A stretch of 64,000 nt of DNA, taken from assembly GCA_907165135.1 (NCBI GenBank), contig OU015566.1, forward strand, positions 3,596,001 through 3,660,000, read 5' to 3'. This DNA is from Oikopleura dioica. Taxonomy: Eukaryota; Animalia; Chordata. Below the pieces are notes generated by a model. It searched no databases, had not been told where the DNA came from, and saw nothing but the letters and a program-made list of their open reading frames with translations. The first letter of the stretch is position 1. Each line of letters opens with the position of its first letter. The translations under genes were made by a program, and so were the position numbers. Shown piece by piece: positions 23,570 through 34,080 of the stretch.

Positions 23570-25063
23570 TGAAGTTGGCTTGTAGACTTGCTTATTTTTC
23601 AAACAGAACAGAATCGCTGTTTCCACCTGCTGCCTAAGTACGTCAGATAATCGCTTCCGTTGTGGGTTTCCACTTGAATCATGTTGGCAGCATCTTCTGA
23701 AGAAATCTCAAAGCCGAGTTTTGCCAGTGCGATTCTAAAAAGATGGGTCTCAAACCGCGGAATTTAGTGAGAAAACGAAAATTGTCTCACCGCCAAATAT
23801 GACATGGTAAAAGTAATTTTAGGCACGCTCGACTGTAGTATTAAAATATCAAACAGACATCGTTTAAAAAAAGCTTTCGCAAAAAAGAATGTCTGGAAGA
23901 CAGAACAGGTAATGCAGTTTGTACTCAAAAACTAATGAAGACAGATTGACCAATAAGGTGTTCTTTTACAAAAAATTCCGTTAATTTTGACCAAAATTTT
24001 GGTCGAATTTTTGACCAACCAGATGAACGAGTTCGGCCAGATGGCCAATCAGATTTCAGAAAAAAACTTTCTCAAAAATTCAGGTGATTTTTCGTCCTTT
24101 TTGTTTATATAATACATCTATCAAGAAATCTTCCATTATGAACTTTCTACAGAGTAAATCGACTGAATTGGATACCTTAAATCGCATGCCGAGATGAGCC
24201 CATCCTTATCCGCATCAAAGATTGAAAATACCTCGCTGAAATTAGACGCTTCGAACTCCTGTAAATTCGTTGAGCTTTTAAGGGTTCACCACTGTATATT
24301 TTCATTAAAAAGTCCTGTTTTGAACCCGTTTTCCCTTTCGACCAAAAACGTGATAAACTCTATCATATCAATAGTACCATCGCCGTCCAAATCTATCGCG
24401 TTTCTATAATTATTTTGAATTATTCCCAAAAACAAGACCGCTAGTAGCAAACATGAATTGTTGAGCGCTCTCGCGCGATTCGCCCAATTGTTTGAAAACG
24501 TTGTCGACTTCTTTGACAGTTATGGTCCCGTCTGAATGAAAAAAAATGTCAAGAATTTTCAAACAACACGTCACTTTTCTAGGGCGTTTAAAAATATAGA
24601 AATAAAGACCGAAGTTTTTCTAAAAGAAGGTTACCTTATATTGTTTTAGTTTACCAAGTGATACCCTTATTTACCGCCTGAGCTCGGCATCCAGGGAAAA
24701 AAACCTGAGTCAGAGTTCTTAAAACATTTGAAGAAAAAACCCTGACTCAAGCTTTTTACTCTGGATGCCGAGCTCAGGCGGTAAATAAGGGTATCACTTG
24801 GTAAACTAGGAAAACATAAGGTAATCTTTTTTTAGAAAAAAATCGGTCTATATTTTTAAACGCCCTAGAAAACCTGAGTCAGGGTTCTGATAACATTTTA
24901 AGAAAAACCCTGACTCAGGTTTTCTACACATGTTACCGAGCAAAGCTCTTAGTTAACAAAGAGTGATACTAGTGTAGTATAAACTTGCTATTTTAATTAT
25001 TTTCTTACCTCCATCTTGATCAAACATAAAAAACGCCTCTATAAGCATTTTAATGTCTTTCAT
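23570..25063 (-). CDS. Calmodulin-like EF-hand protein
   Basis: Spliced EF-hands EAFFMFDQDG|DGTITVKE, DLDGDGTIDMIEF and DADKDGLISACDL, then R|IALAKLGFEISSEDAANMI. The 4th loop is degenerate. Exact 3' end uncertain. Confidence 0.65.
24575..24872. mobile_element. Foldback-type MITE with arms of about 130 bp (intronic)
   Basis: TTTTCTAGGGCGTTTAAAAATATAGA...GTGATACCCTTATTTACCGCCTGAGCTCGGCATCCAG is mirrored on the right. TGAGTCA/TGACTCA cores lie near the centre. Confidence 0.8.
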
Positions 25064-25307
25064 CCTTCTTTCTTTTTGCTCGAAATCTCAAATCCAGACT
25101 GCGACAGAGTGTTGTCTTGGAAGTTTTAAGAAACTAAAACACGCATATAAAACGAAAATAAGTGTCGAGCCGCCCACAAAAGAAGACGAATCGCGACCCT
25201 GAAATCCCGGACCGACGAGGGCTCATCCCCGCCAGCGACGAGGGTAATCCAGGAGAGGAAACAGGTGAATCGCCACTGAGATCTCCTTCTGTAGGGGTTG
25301 TCTGTAC

Positions 25308-25715
25308 CAGAGTTGCAAATTTGGCTATATTTTCGTTGAGCTGAGCTGCCCTATGTGAGAAATTCTCTGAGCTGAGCTGAGCTGACCTATTTCGGAGCTC
25401 ACTGAGCTGAGCTGGCCATTGAGCTGAGCAGACCTCATTTTAAGGTATTTGAGCTGAGCTGAGCTGAGCAGAGCAGACCCTAATTTGAGCTGAGCTGAGC
25501 TGAGTGAGCTGGGTTGAGCTGTTTTTTACTGTTTTTTAGTAGTGAAACTGGGTTAGAATCATTGAGCTGAGCTGAGCTGAGTGATTATTGTCTGAGCTGA
25601 GCTGAGCTGAGCAGATAAATTCATTTTCGAAAATCAGTGAGCTGAGCTGAGCTGAGCGACTGCTCAGCTCACTCAGCCAGCTCAGCTCACTCAGCTCACT
25701 AAATTTGCAACTCTG
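25308..25715. mobile_element. hAT-type MITE with (GAGCT)n arrays, copy 1
   Basis: TIR CAGAGTTGCAAA / TTTGCAACTCTG. 8-bp TSD GTCTGTAC at 25300-25307, repeated at 28873-28880 beyond the nested LTR element. Confidence 0.9.
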
Positions 25716-26054
25716 TGTAGTGTTTATATACTGTATTGCACTATGTATATATTTGTCCTTTCCTATCAATCAATCCTGACAGCTCAGCGCTAGCTGTTCT
25801 AGTGCTCATTATTTTCATTTTCGTGAACTCCAAATTCTCGTGCTCGTGAACTCGTAAAATCCGAGTCCACGGAATCAGTCCATGAACACGAAACCAACTA
25901 TAAAAACGAGTGCACCTTTTCTACTGCATCATTCTACTTTTCATTTTTCTGGAATAAACATCTCAGATAAAAATCACTTTGTAGTGTATAATCACTACAA
26001 ATTGGTGACTGAGTATTTTAATTTCCCTACCCCCGAAAGAGATATCCACTAAAA

Positions 26055-26795
26055 ATGTCAAACAGACATATCAGAGACAACAAAACACAAAAACCCAAGA
26101 ATGATCACGTCGAAAATGATCCTGCAATAAAAGAGCTTGCAATATTTGTTGATTCCGGAGAAATAAGCGTCAGTGAAATCAAAATGTTGCTGGCTGCATT
26201 TCGAGAAAGCGACAAGGATGTAAACATCCCTAAGCTTGAAAACCAGAATCCAGCACCGCCAACTACTCGAGTTATTCCGACGCGCGCTATGAAAAACGTG
26301 AATGTCAAAACTCCAAAATATGACTCGACTCTACCCATCAGCTCATGGATCAAAAGCCTGGAAATTTTCGGCAAAGTCTCTGCCCTTAATGATGAAGAGC
26401 TAATCACTGTAGCTTTGACCAGCTTGCTAGCAAATGACGATGGCAGCCACATTGCGTCATCACTTTCACTTAGTGAATTGAAAGATTGGAACTCCTTCAA
26501 AACAAAAATGCTCGACTGCCTTGGAAAAACGAGAGACTACTACAAGTTTCAGTTCGAGAACTACGAAAAAGGATCCGATGCTTTTGGTGTCGCGATGGCT
26601 AAACTCTGTTCCTACTTCAAGCAAGGTTATAATGTCGCAGATCTTCGTAAAATTGACGAAGAACTGCTTGTCGAGAGATTCTGTCAGTGTCAAAATGGTA
26701 AAATGAAAGAACTTCTTCTGCGGGAAAAAGACAAGCTGAATATCAAAACGATCATCAAGAGAGCAAACGAGCTAGAAAGATCAATTCGAAAATGA
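26055..26795 (+). CDS. Gag/capsid-like protein (246 aa), no CCHC knuckle
   Basis: Only long ORF in the LTR element, starting just after the PBS. PKYDSTLPISSWIKSLE resembles Ty3/gypsy capsid N-termini. Confidence 0.7.
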   Translation: MSNRHIRDNKTQKPKNDHVENDPAIKELAIFVDSGEISVSEIKMLLAAFRESDKDVNIPKLENQNPAPPTTRVIPTRAMKNVNVKTPKYDSTLPISSWIKSLEIFGKVSALNDEELITVALTSLLANDDGSHIASSLSLSELKDWNSFKTKMLDCLGKTRDYYKFQFENYEKGSDAFGVAMAKLCSYFKQGYNVADLRKIDEELLVERFCQCQNGKMKELLLREKDKLNIKTIIKRANELERSIRK

Positions 26796-27635
26796 ACACC
26801 TGCATTACAAACCGTTCTTTTCTTGCTCCAAAATGGATACCGAATATACGCACTGAAACGAAAACGACGCTTGCCTCACCAAATGGCTAATCCTAGCCAG
26901 ATCAGCGATCAAATCCAAAATTTTGTCCATTAAAAAGAATGATAACAAAAAACTGGTTTGCAGCGCGACCAGTCTAAAATGCGACCCGTTAACTTCTGAC
27001 ATGCCTTTAAACAAATGGTCTTGCGGACATCGAACTCAGCAGAGCTTCATTCAACCATTAATCACAGAGATCTTCCAATATGATATGTTATCATTATACA
27101 AAATTGTACCGCAATTCAAACAATGCAAAATCTTCTAGCAGAAGAAATCAGCCGATTCCCACAATGCGTGAATGATGTCGCCGGAGACAACGTTCAACTA
27201 CGACGTAAACTAAATGCAAAATAAAGCATTTGCATCTGCGAAAGCGATAAAATAAATAAAAAGGGGGAGGATGGATCTTCACAACCCTTGTCTTAAATCC
27301 GCATACAGCGTATGTGGTTGCCAATATTTAAAGACCATGGACGTCCGACTTACACAAAATTCAATGGTAGCTCACAGAGAAGGGACCTCAACATAAACTG
27401 ATAAATCGTCGTTAAAAACCCCATTGAATGACCGCCGCAAAACCAACAAGTCAAAGATGGCCAGCCTTTGAGATGTTCCGCTATCTTTTCTTACGTCAGC
27501 TGTTCACGTGGCCACAATCGAACAGAAGACCTTAAGTTCTGATATGTTCATTTCGAGCACGGCTGTGGAAACAACAAAATGCTACCTTTCCAATTGGCAC
27601 ATATCATTAACCTTTCTAAAATCGAAAACTTCGAA

Positions 27636-28081
27636 TATTCTTAGCGAGAATAGCGGCATTTGCACTGATATCTTCAGCGAAGGAAATATCAGCTCAACTT
27701 AAACACGTCATGCGACAGTATCAACTCAAACTTCAGCGAAGTTAAATTCAAAATCAACTAACAAGAAATCAACGACAACTCGACAAATCTTCAGCGAAGA
27801 TTTTCACCAATAATTGAAACCGCCTCCAGCTCGTTAGGAGCGGTTTATGTGATAGTCTTCAGCGAAAACATCACAGCTTACTGAAAACGCCGTCAACTTC
27901 TCCAAAAGCGCCGCACGCAAATTGATCTAGCAATGAATTGTGCGTTTTATAAATCTGCGCGTATTTTGTCAAAAATCAAAGAATTATTATCTTCAGCGAA
28001 GATAAACAAGCAAAATTATTTGGAGGATGACTCTTTGTCATGCGACTTAATGATGTATCGATTCATTCTTCAGCGAAGAAT
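27636..28081 (+). other. Array of 7 AGC-triloop hairpins within the LTR element
   Basis: Loops at 27643, 27676, 27735, 27793, 27861, 27995 and 28072. Stems differ in sequence but stay complementary. Confidence 0.8.
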
Positions 28082-29074
28082 CAAAATAATGCCTTATTAT
28101 GCCCGAGAAAAATTCCAGCACAAAATTCGCCTCGCGTTGGAACAGAATTGGAGCGCGTCACGGCTGAGCGCCCTCAGCAATTATCCCGGTCGCGCCCGAG
28201 TCCCGACTGGTACCTGGCTAGCAGCGCTAGAATCGTAAAAACGAGAAAAATCCAAAAATGAAAAATCTTGAAAATGATATCTTTATTTTTCCCCGCTCGC
28301 CCGAAAAGGATCGTGCAACGCTTTTTAGTACCAGCGATCTTCAACATCATCATTCCAGTTGATTTTCTACCCATCGCTTACATAGAGAATTTGAAGAGAA
28401 CACGCGAAATGATCTAAAACGAGCAAGCAGAAGCAGAATCAATCAAGGCGAAATACGAAAAAACTCGCCGATCAACTACGACCAATCATCTTTCCCTGAA
28501 AATCTCAGTGAAATTTTTAATTGATATATCTGTTAGAAATTTCTATTTTCCCTACGCTTCGCTTCAAATAATGAGGGAGGAATATGTAGTGTTTATATAC
28601 TGTATTGCACTATGTATATATTTGTCCTTTCCTATCAATCAATCCTGACAGCTCAGCGCTAGCTGTTCTAGTGCTCATTATTTTCATTTTCGTGAACTCC
28701 AAATTCTCGTGCTCGTGAACTCGTAAAATCCGAGTCCACGGAATCAGTCCATGAACACGAAACCAACTATAAAAACGAGTGCACCTTTTCTACTGCATCA
28801 TTCTACTTTTCATTTTTCTGGAATAAACATCTCAGATAAAAATCACTTTGTAGTGTATAATCACTACATCTGGTCTGTACTACGGTACTCAAGTAACGGA
28901 AGAATGAATAATACGTTTCAATGCTCTTCAATTTATTTTTTAGAATAAGGTCAACAGGATCATGCACAATTTTATTGTTAAAATTAGGGAAATGGATGTT
29001 TAGCCATTAATTCTTCAAGGAAGACCTAAAATACTTGAGTAGAAAATTAGAATTTCTTTATTTAAACCTGATAG

Positions 29075-29272
29075 TCATGGCCATTGGAAGTGTTGTCCGT
29101 TTTCTTCTTTCGGTTGCATGGTCGTTTGGATGCCTGAATCTTCAGCAGCCTTTGATCTCTCTTCATTCATCTCGTTGACAATCGACTGTATCAATTCATC
29201 GAGGCGTTGAACTTCTCTCATTTGCTTTTCTTGATTGCTGATCCCTTCTTTTGCTTTGTTACAGTTTTCCAT
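29075..29272 (-). CDS. Small hypothetical coiled-coil protein
   Basis: MENCNKAKEGISNQEKQMREVQRLDELIQSIVNEM..., preceded by a TTTTCTCAG acceptor and an AAGATG start context. Confidence 0.35.
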   Translation of the reverse strand: MENCNKAKEGISNQEKQMREVQRLDELIQSIVNEMNEERSKAAEDSGIQTTMQPKEENGQHFQWP

Positions 29273-29508
29273 CTTCAAATTATTCTTCGCTCGACTGAGA
29301 AAATAGGGGAGGAGAGTTCTTTATAAACCAAATTTTGATCATTCCGAAATCTTCCCCCTCAGTCACGATTCTTATGAGTGTTTCACGAGTGACAATCTTC
29401 TTTTTTGAAAGATCACAGGAAAATTCGTCGATATTTATCATCGATAAATTAAATTTATGGTTTTAAGTGCGCCAGGGGGTTAAAATTATTTGAAAACTTG
29501 TCCAGAGT

Positions 29509-29965
29509 CAGAGTTGCAATTTCGGCTTTATTTTTGTTGAGCTGAGCTGAGCTGCCCTGTGTGAGAAATTCTATGAGCTGAGCTGAGCTGAGCTGGCCAT
29601 TTTCGGAGTTCAATGAGCTGATCTGAGCTGAGCAGACCTTCTTTTAAGGTAGTTGAGCTGAGCTGAGAAGACCCTAATTTGAGCTGAGCTGAGCTGAGTG
29701 AGCTGGGTTGAGCTGTTTTTTACTGTTTTTTAGTAGTGAAATTGTGTTAGAATTATTGAGCTGAGCTGAGCTCAGCTGAATGATACTTGTCTGAGCTGGG
29801 CTGAGCAGAACAGATCATGTTCGAGAATAATTGAGCTGAGCTGAGCTGAATGATTATTGTCTGAGCTGAGCAGATAAATTCATTTTCGAAAATCAGTGAG
29901 CTGAGCTGAGCTGAGCGACTGCTCAGCTCACTCAGCCAGCTCAGCTCACCATATTTGCAACTCTG
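29509..29965. mobile_element. hAT-type (GAGCT)n MITE, copy 2
   Basis: Same TIRs as copy 1. TSD TCCAGAGT/TCCTGAGT (7/8). Inserted in a CCTGAGTCAGG motif. Confidence 0.85.
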
Positions 29966-30265
29966 TCCTGAGTCAGGAGTCCTGACCAAAAATGAAAAAT
30001 TTTGAAAATCGCGCGCTCCATCGCTGAGTCATTCTCTCCACCGCTGGATCACTTTTTTGCAAGAAAAAATGGGCGCGTCTCTTTGTTTTTTGACCCTTTT
30101 CCAGAGTTCATGAATTTATGAGTTTCGGCCAATGAGAGAAGAATTCTAGAAGCCTTTGCAAAGAACTTTTAAAATTGCGTTTGCCAAGTGCAAATAATTT
30201 GCCCAAAAAACCCGCCCCGTGGCCGGTTCCTAAAATCAAAACAGTTTCAGAGAATCGAATTGAAG

Positions 30266-31515
30266 ATGAGTAAAGTCGCGAATATCGGAAAATTGAAGAA
30301 TTATACTGTCTTCATTACAGGAGCTTCGAGGGGCATTGGTCTATCCATGGCGAAGAAAATTGCTGCCGATGGGTGAGTTGCTGTTTGATGGTTCGGGTTA
30401 GGGCTCTATAAATCGAAATTTCCGTAAATAAATCCGTAAATTGAGAAACTTTGGCGTAAAATTTCAATCAAAATCTTATTGGTCCTTCAAAATATTCGAA
30501 TTTTCGAAATTTTCGAATCTGAATTTATACCTGATATATCTCGAATTCTAGCGCAAACATCGTCGTCGCCGCCAAAACTGCCGAGCCTCATCCAAAACTG
30601 CCAGGAACAATCTACACCGCCGCGGAAGAAATCGAAGCCGCAGGTGGCCGAGCTCTTCCCATGGTCGTCGACGTTCGCGATGAAAAATCAGTGGATCAAG
30701 CAGTAGCAGCCGCTGTTGGAGAATTTGGAGGAATCGACATTTTGATCAACAATGCTTCCGCCATTTCGCTGACTGATACTCAGAGTACTGGCATGAAAAG
30801 GTTCTCAAATCATTCTTACCCCGGAATAACCTCGCTTTAGGTACGATTTGATGCATTCAATCAACGGCCGCGGAACCTACATGCTCTCCCACAAATGTGT
30901 TCCTCATCTGCTCGAGTCTAAAGATGCCGGTCGCGAGCCACATATTCTCAACAACTCTCCTGTAAGTACTCCCTCCCTCTTCGTCCCTTCAACCTCTCTC
31001 CTAGCCCTTGGATATGCGACGAAAGTGGTTCGAAAACCATGTTGCTTACACGATCGCAAAAATGAACATGTCTCTCTGCGCGCACGGAATGGCCGGTGAA
31101 TTCGAAGGCGACATTGCTGTCAATTGCATTTGGCCACGAACTGCTATTTGGGTACGTTTCTTTCAATATTCTTTTTAAAAAGGGGGTAATTTAGACGGCT
31201 GCTATGAAAATGCTTGGAGGCGATCAAGCTTCTGCTGGCTGCAGATTAGATACGATTATGTCCGACTGTGCTTATGGAATCCTCACAAAAGGTACCCTCA
31301 TCCTCTTCTCCCATCCCCGTGACAGTCCCCTAGGAACCGATTTCACGGGCAACTTCGTCGTCGACCAAGAATTCCTCGAGCAAGAATACGGCATCACCGA
31401 CTTCTCGTCCTACCGCGCCAACCCTGACCAGGCAGAAGAATCGCTCATCAACGACTTTTTCCTTCCAGAAAGATTCGACAAGTACAACAGCGAAAACGCC
31501 TTCGACAAGCTTTGA
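30266..31515 (+). CDS. HSDL2: Hydroxysteroid dehydrogenase-like protein 2 (SDR domain only)
   Basis: TVFITGASRGIG, AAKTAEPHPKLPGTIYTAAEEIEAAGG, ILINNASAISLT, YTIAK and WPRTAIW across in-phase exons. Ends at AFDKL with no SCP2 domain. Confidence 0.9.
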
Positions 31516-31708
31516 AGTTTTAAGAAGCTGTTTCTTGATGCATTAATTTATACATGAAGTAGTCCTTACGATTGTTCAGTCACTGTTTTTAATTCAAAAA
31601 AATTCAAATGAAATATGTATTCAGATTTTATTGCTCGAAGAAAAATATAATTTCATTTTTCAGAGGATTTTATTTGACATGGTGATTTGAACGGATTCAA
31701 GCTTACTT

Positions 31709-34080
31709 TTAGACGGAATTATATGAATCATATTCTTCTCCTGTTTCGTGATCTTGATGGAACTCGTCTTTGTGCATATCAATGAAGGCATCAGCAAATC
31801 CGGGTTGGTTGATTTCTTCGACGGAGTGGTAGTAGATCCTTTTTAATTTCTTATCAGAAATTTTAAAGAAAAGTAATTACCATTTTTGGCTAGTCCATTC
31901 TTCAAAATGATTGATTGGAATGGCCACATATCCGAATTTCGAGTTCATAGCTAAGAAAAACTGAATTTAGTTCGAAAAAGAAAAGTCTCACTGTTGACAT
32001 AAGTTTCGTAGTACGTAATAATGTTCCATTTCATCATATCAAAGCTCTCGTATGGCATAGAAAGAAGGCTAAGAACTCCTTGAAGATCAAATCCGAAAGC
32101 ACCGGCAAAAGCTTCCGAACCACTCATGTTGATGAAATCGGCGTAGTCGAAGGAGTAGTTTGAGTTGAGGAGGTATTTTGCTTTGTCTTCACCCAACTTC
32201 ATGTACAGCTCTAGAATTTTGATAAAGGGACAGTAAAGAGCGAGAATTTTACCTTTTGCGAAAACACCGCGGAATTCTTCTGGATCATCGTGGCCAAGAG
32301 CTTTGATTTTGTATTTGTAAAGTTGGGAAAGATCATCGGAATAGATGAACGCATTGGCAATTTCAGTGGCTATAAAAAAAATCGGCAAAAAGAAAGGGAA
32401 AAACGGATACCGTTGGTATTGCCTGCTTTGGAAAGGTACTCAATTGACCAAGGAAATCCTGCGGCGAATTCTTGCATCTGCTGTTCTTCTTCAAACCACC
32501 AGCTCAGAAAATACGTGGCATTCGCTGAATCATTTTTTTACACGAAAAGAGGACATTCTACTAACGGAATTGGTCGATAGTCGTGTTGTACATCCACTCT
32601 GGTACCGTCGAGTTGACATATCCGCCGCTGATATCGGGATATTCCATTGAATACATGTCGAACTCATTCACCGCTTGGGCGATTTCAGCGATGCAGGTTA
32701 GGGCAGACATTGGGCTCAAATCATCAGAGACTAAAAATTGATTATTTCCGAGTCCGGTAGACCGAAACAATGGATAATTAACTTCTCCCAAGTTAAAAGG
32801 CAGGTCAATTCTCAGCGGCTTTAACCTGCTGAATTCCCTTTTTGTTTCGTAAAACACCTTGAGCTTTACGAACAAAAGTGCAACAATGACTACTTCGCAG
32901 GTTTTAATTCTGACGTTTTTCACTTTCTGCTCATCGATGAACTTACACAAGTTGATGATGTTCTTCACCGCGCATTTGCACGAGCCTTCGAAGTGTTTCA
33001 AAATCGGCGAAGCGTACATCATAAAATCGGGCTCATTTTTATGCATGTATTCGACTTCGCCAGCTATCAGGCCACAGATTCCAGACGAGGCCTCAGAGGG
33101 GGAGATCATCCCAGCCATCAATTCATTGATCAAATTATTGTACGCCATTTGCCTTTAAAAAAACCATAACCACATTTAACTCCTCCCCATATTCTCACGT
33201 TTTTTGTTGATACAAGCACTGATCCCTCCACATTTCCGGCTCCAAATAGTCCGGAACAGCCAGTGGCAGCAGATGACAGAACTCTTAAAATACCCAATCA
33301 ACCGGATCCATTTTTGGCACGGTAATTACCCTCAGTGCCAAGGAATTCTAAGAACTCGCCCATTTGAGACCAGAAGCCTGAGTCATCGCCGTAATCCATG
33401 CCCATATCTCCCGATCCGCCGTAGTAGTCGTCTCCTGATCCGTAGTAGTTGTCGTCGTGGTCGTAGTTATCGTTAGAACCTGAATGATTTGGTTGACTAC
33501 GACAAAAAACCATTTCGGAAACGTACCTGATCCAATTCCCCAGTCGCCCATCCAGTCAAACCAGCCAGATCCTTCTCCATCCGGCTTGTAAGATCCGCCC
33601 ATATCGTGCTTATGATGCTCCATCATCTCTTCCCAATCTGTTTCTGTGATTATTTCGTTCTTTTTACGATTCTTACCTTTGTAGCTCTTTTGCCACTTCT
33701 CCATCGCATGCCTCCAGTCTTTCATTGCTTCCCTACTGCATTCGCCTTCCGCGGGTTTTTCGAAGTCATCATGATGATCGTCATGATGATCGTCATCTTC
33801 GTAGTCTGGTTTGTCAGTGTAGTTGAAGTCGCCCATGTCTTCCTCATACTCTCCACTTGGTTCCATGTCGAATGGGGTGGTTGTCATTGGCGGTTTTGTT
33901 GGTCTTCGAGTCGTTGTTTTCGTTGAAGGCATTGCTAAAAAACGGTTTTGAAAAAAATCCGCTAAGGGTGTCATCTTGTTAAATTCATACTGAAAATCAA
34001 TAGATTTTACCTGATGTGGTAGTAGTACCATCATTCTTTTGACTCAAAACGCCAACTCCAAGTGCTGCTAAAATCTTCAT
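31709..34080 (-). CDS. Secreted proteoglycan-like protein (Thr-rich, acidic/His-rich, Ser-Gly motifs) with unknown C-terminal domain
   Basis: ATG 34080 MKILAALGVGVLS. Motifs EGSG, GIGSG, YYGSGDDYYGGSGD and DDSG. Splices in frame (YQQKT|QMAYNN) into the 33148 ORF. Last exon ...EEYDSYNSV*. Internal exon boundaries are partly uncertain. Confidence 0.6.

Larger units (their letters stand above)
25716..28868 (+). mobile_element. Non-autonomous gag-only LTR retrotransposon (Ty3/gypsy, Tor-like)
   Basis: 284-bp LTRs at 25716-25999 and 28585-28868 (TGTAGTG...CACTACA), no differences seen by eye. 4-bp TSD TCTG, PBS-like TGGTGAC at 26003, PPT GAGGGAGGAA before the 3' LTR. No pol ORF. Confidence 0.9.

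Noticed and set aside
24259-24327. Non-canonical GG donor in the EF-hand gene
   Set aside because: A canonical phase-2 GT-AG alternative (gg|gttc...aaag|c tca) restores the frame.
26793-26935. Gag stop-codon readthrough into pol
   Set aside because: Only about 45 codons follow the TGA, with no aspartyl-protease or RT motifs in any frame.
27636-28081. Hairpin array as a CRISPR-like locus
   Set aside because: The core is only about 11 nt, spacing is irregular (33-134 nt), there are no cas-like ORFs, and the context is a eukaryotic LTR element.
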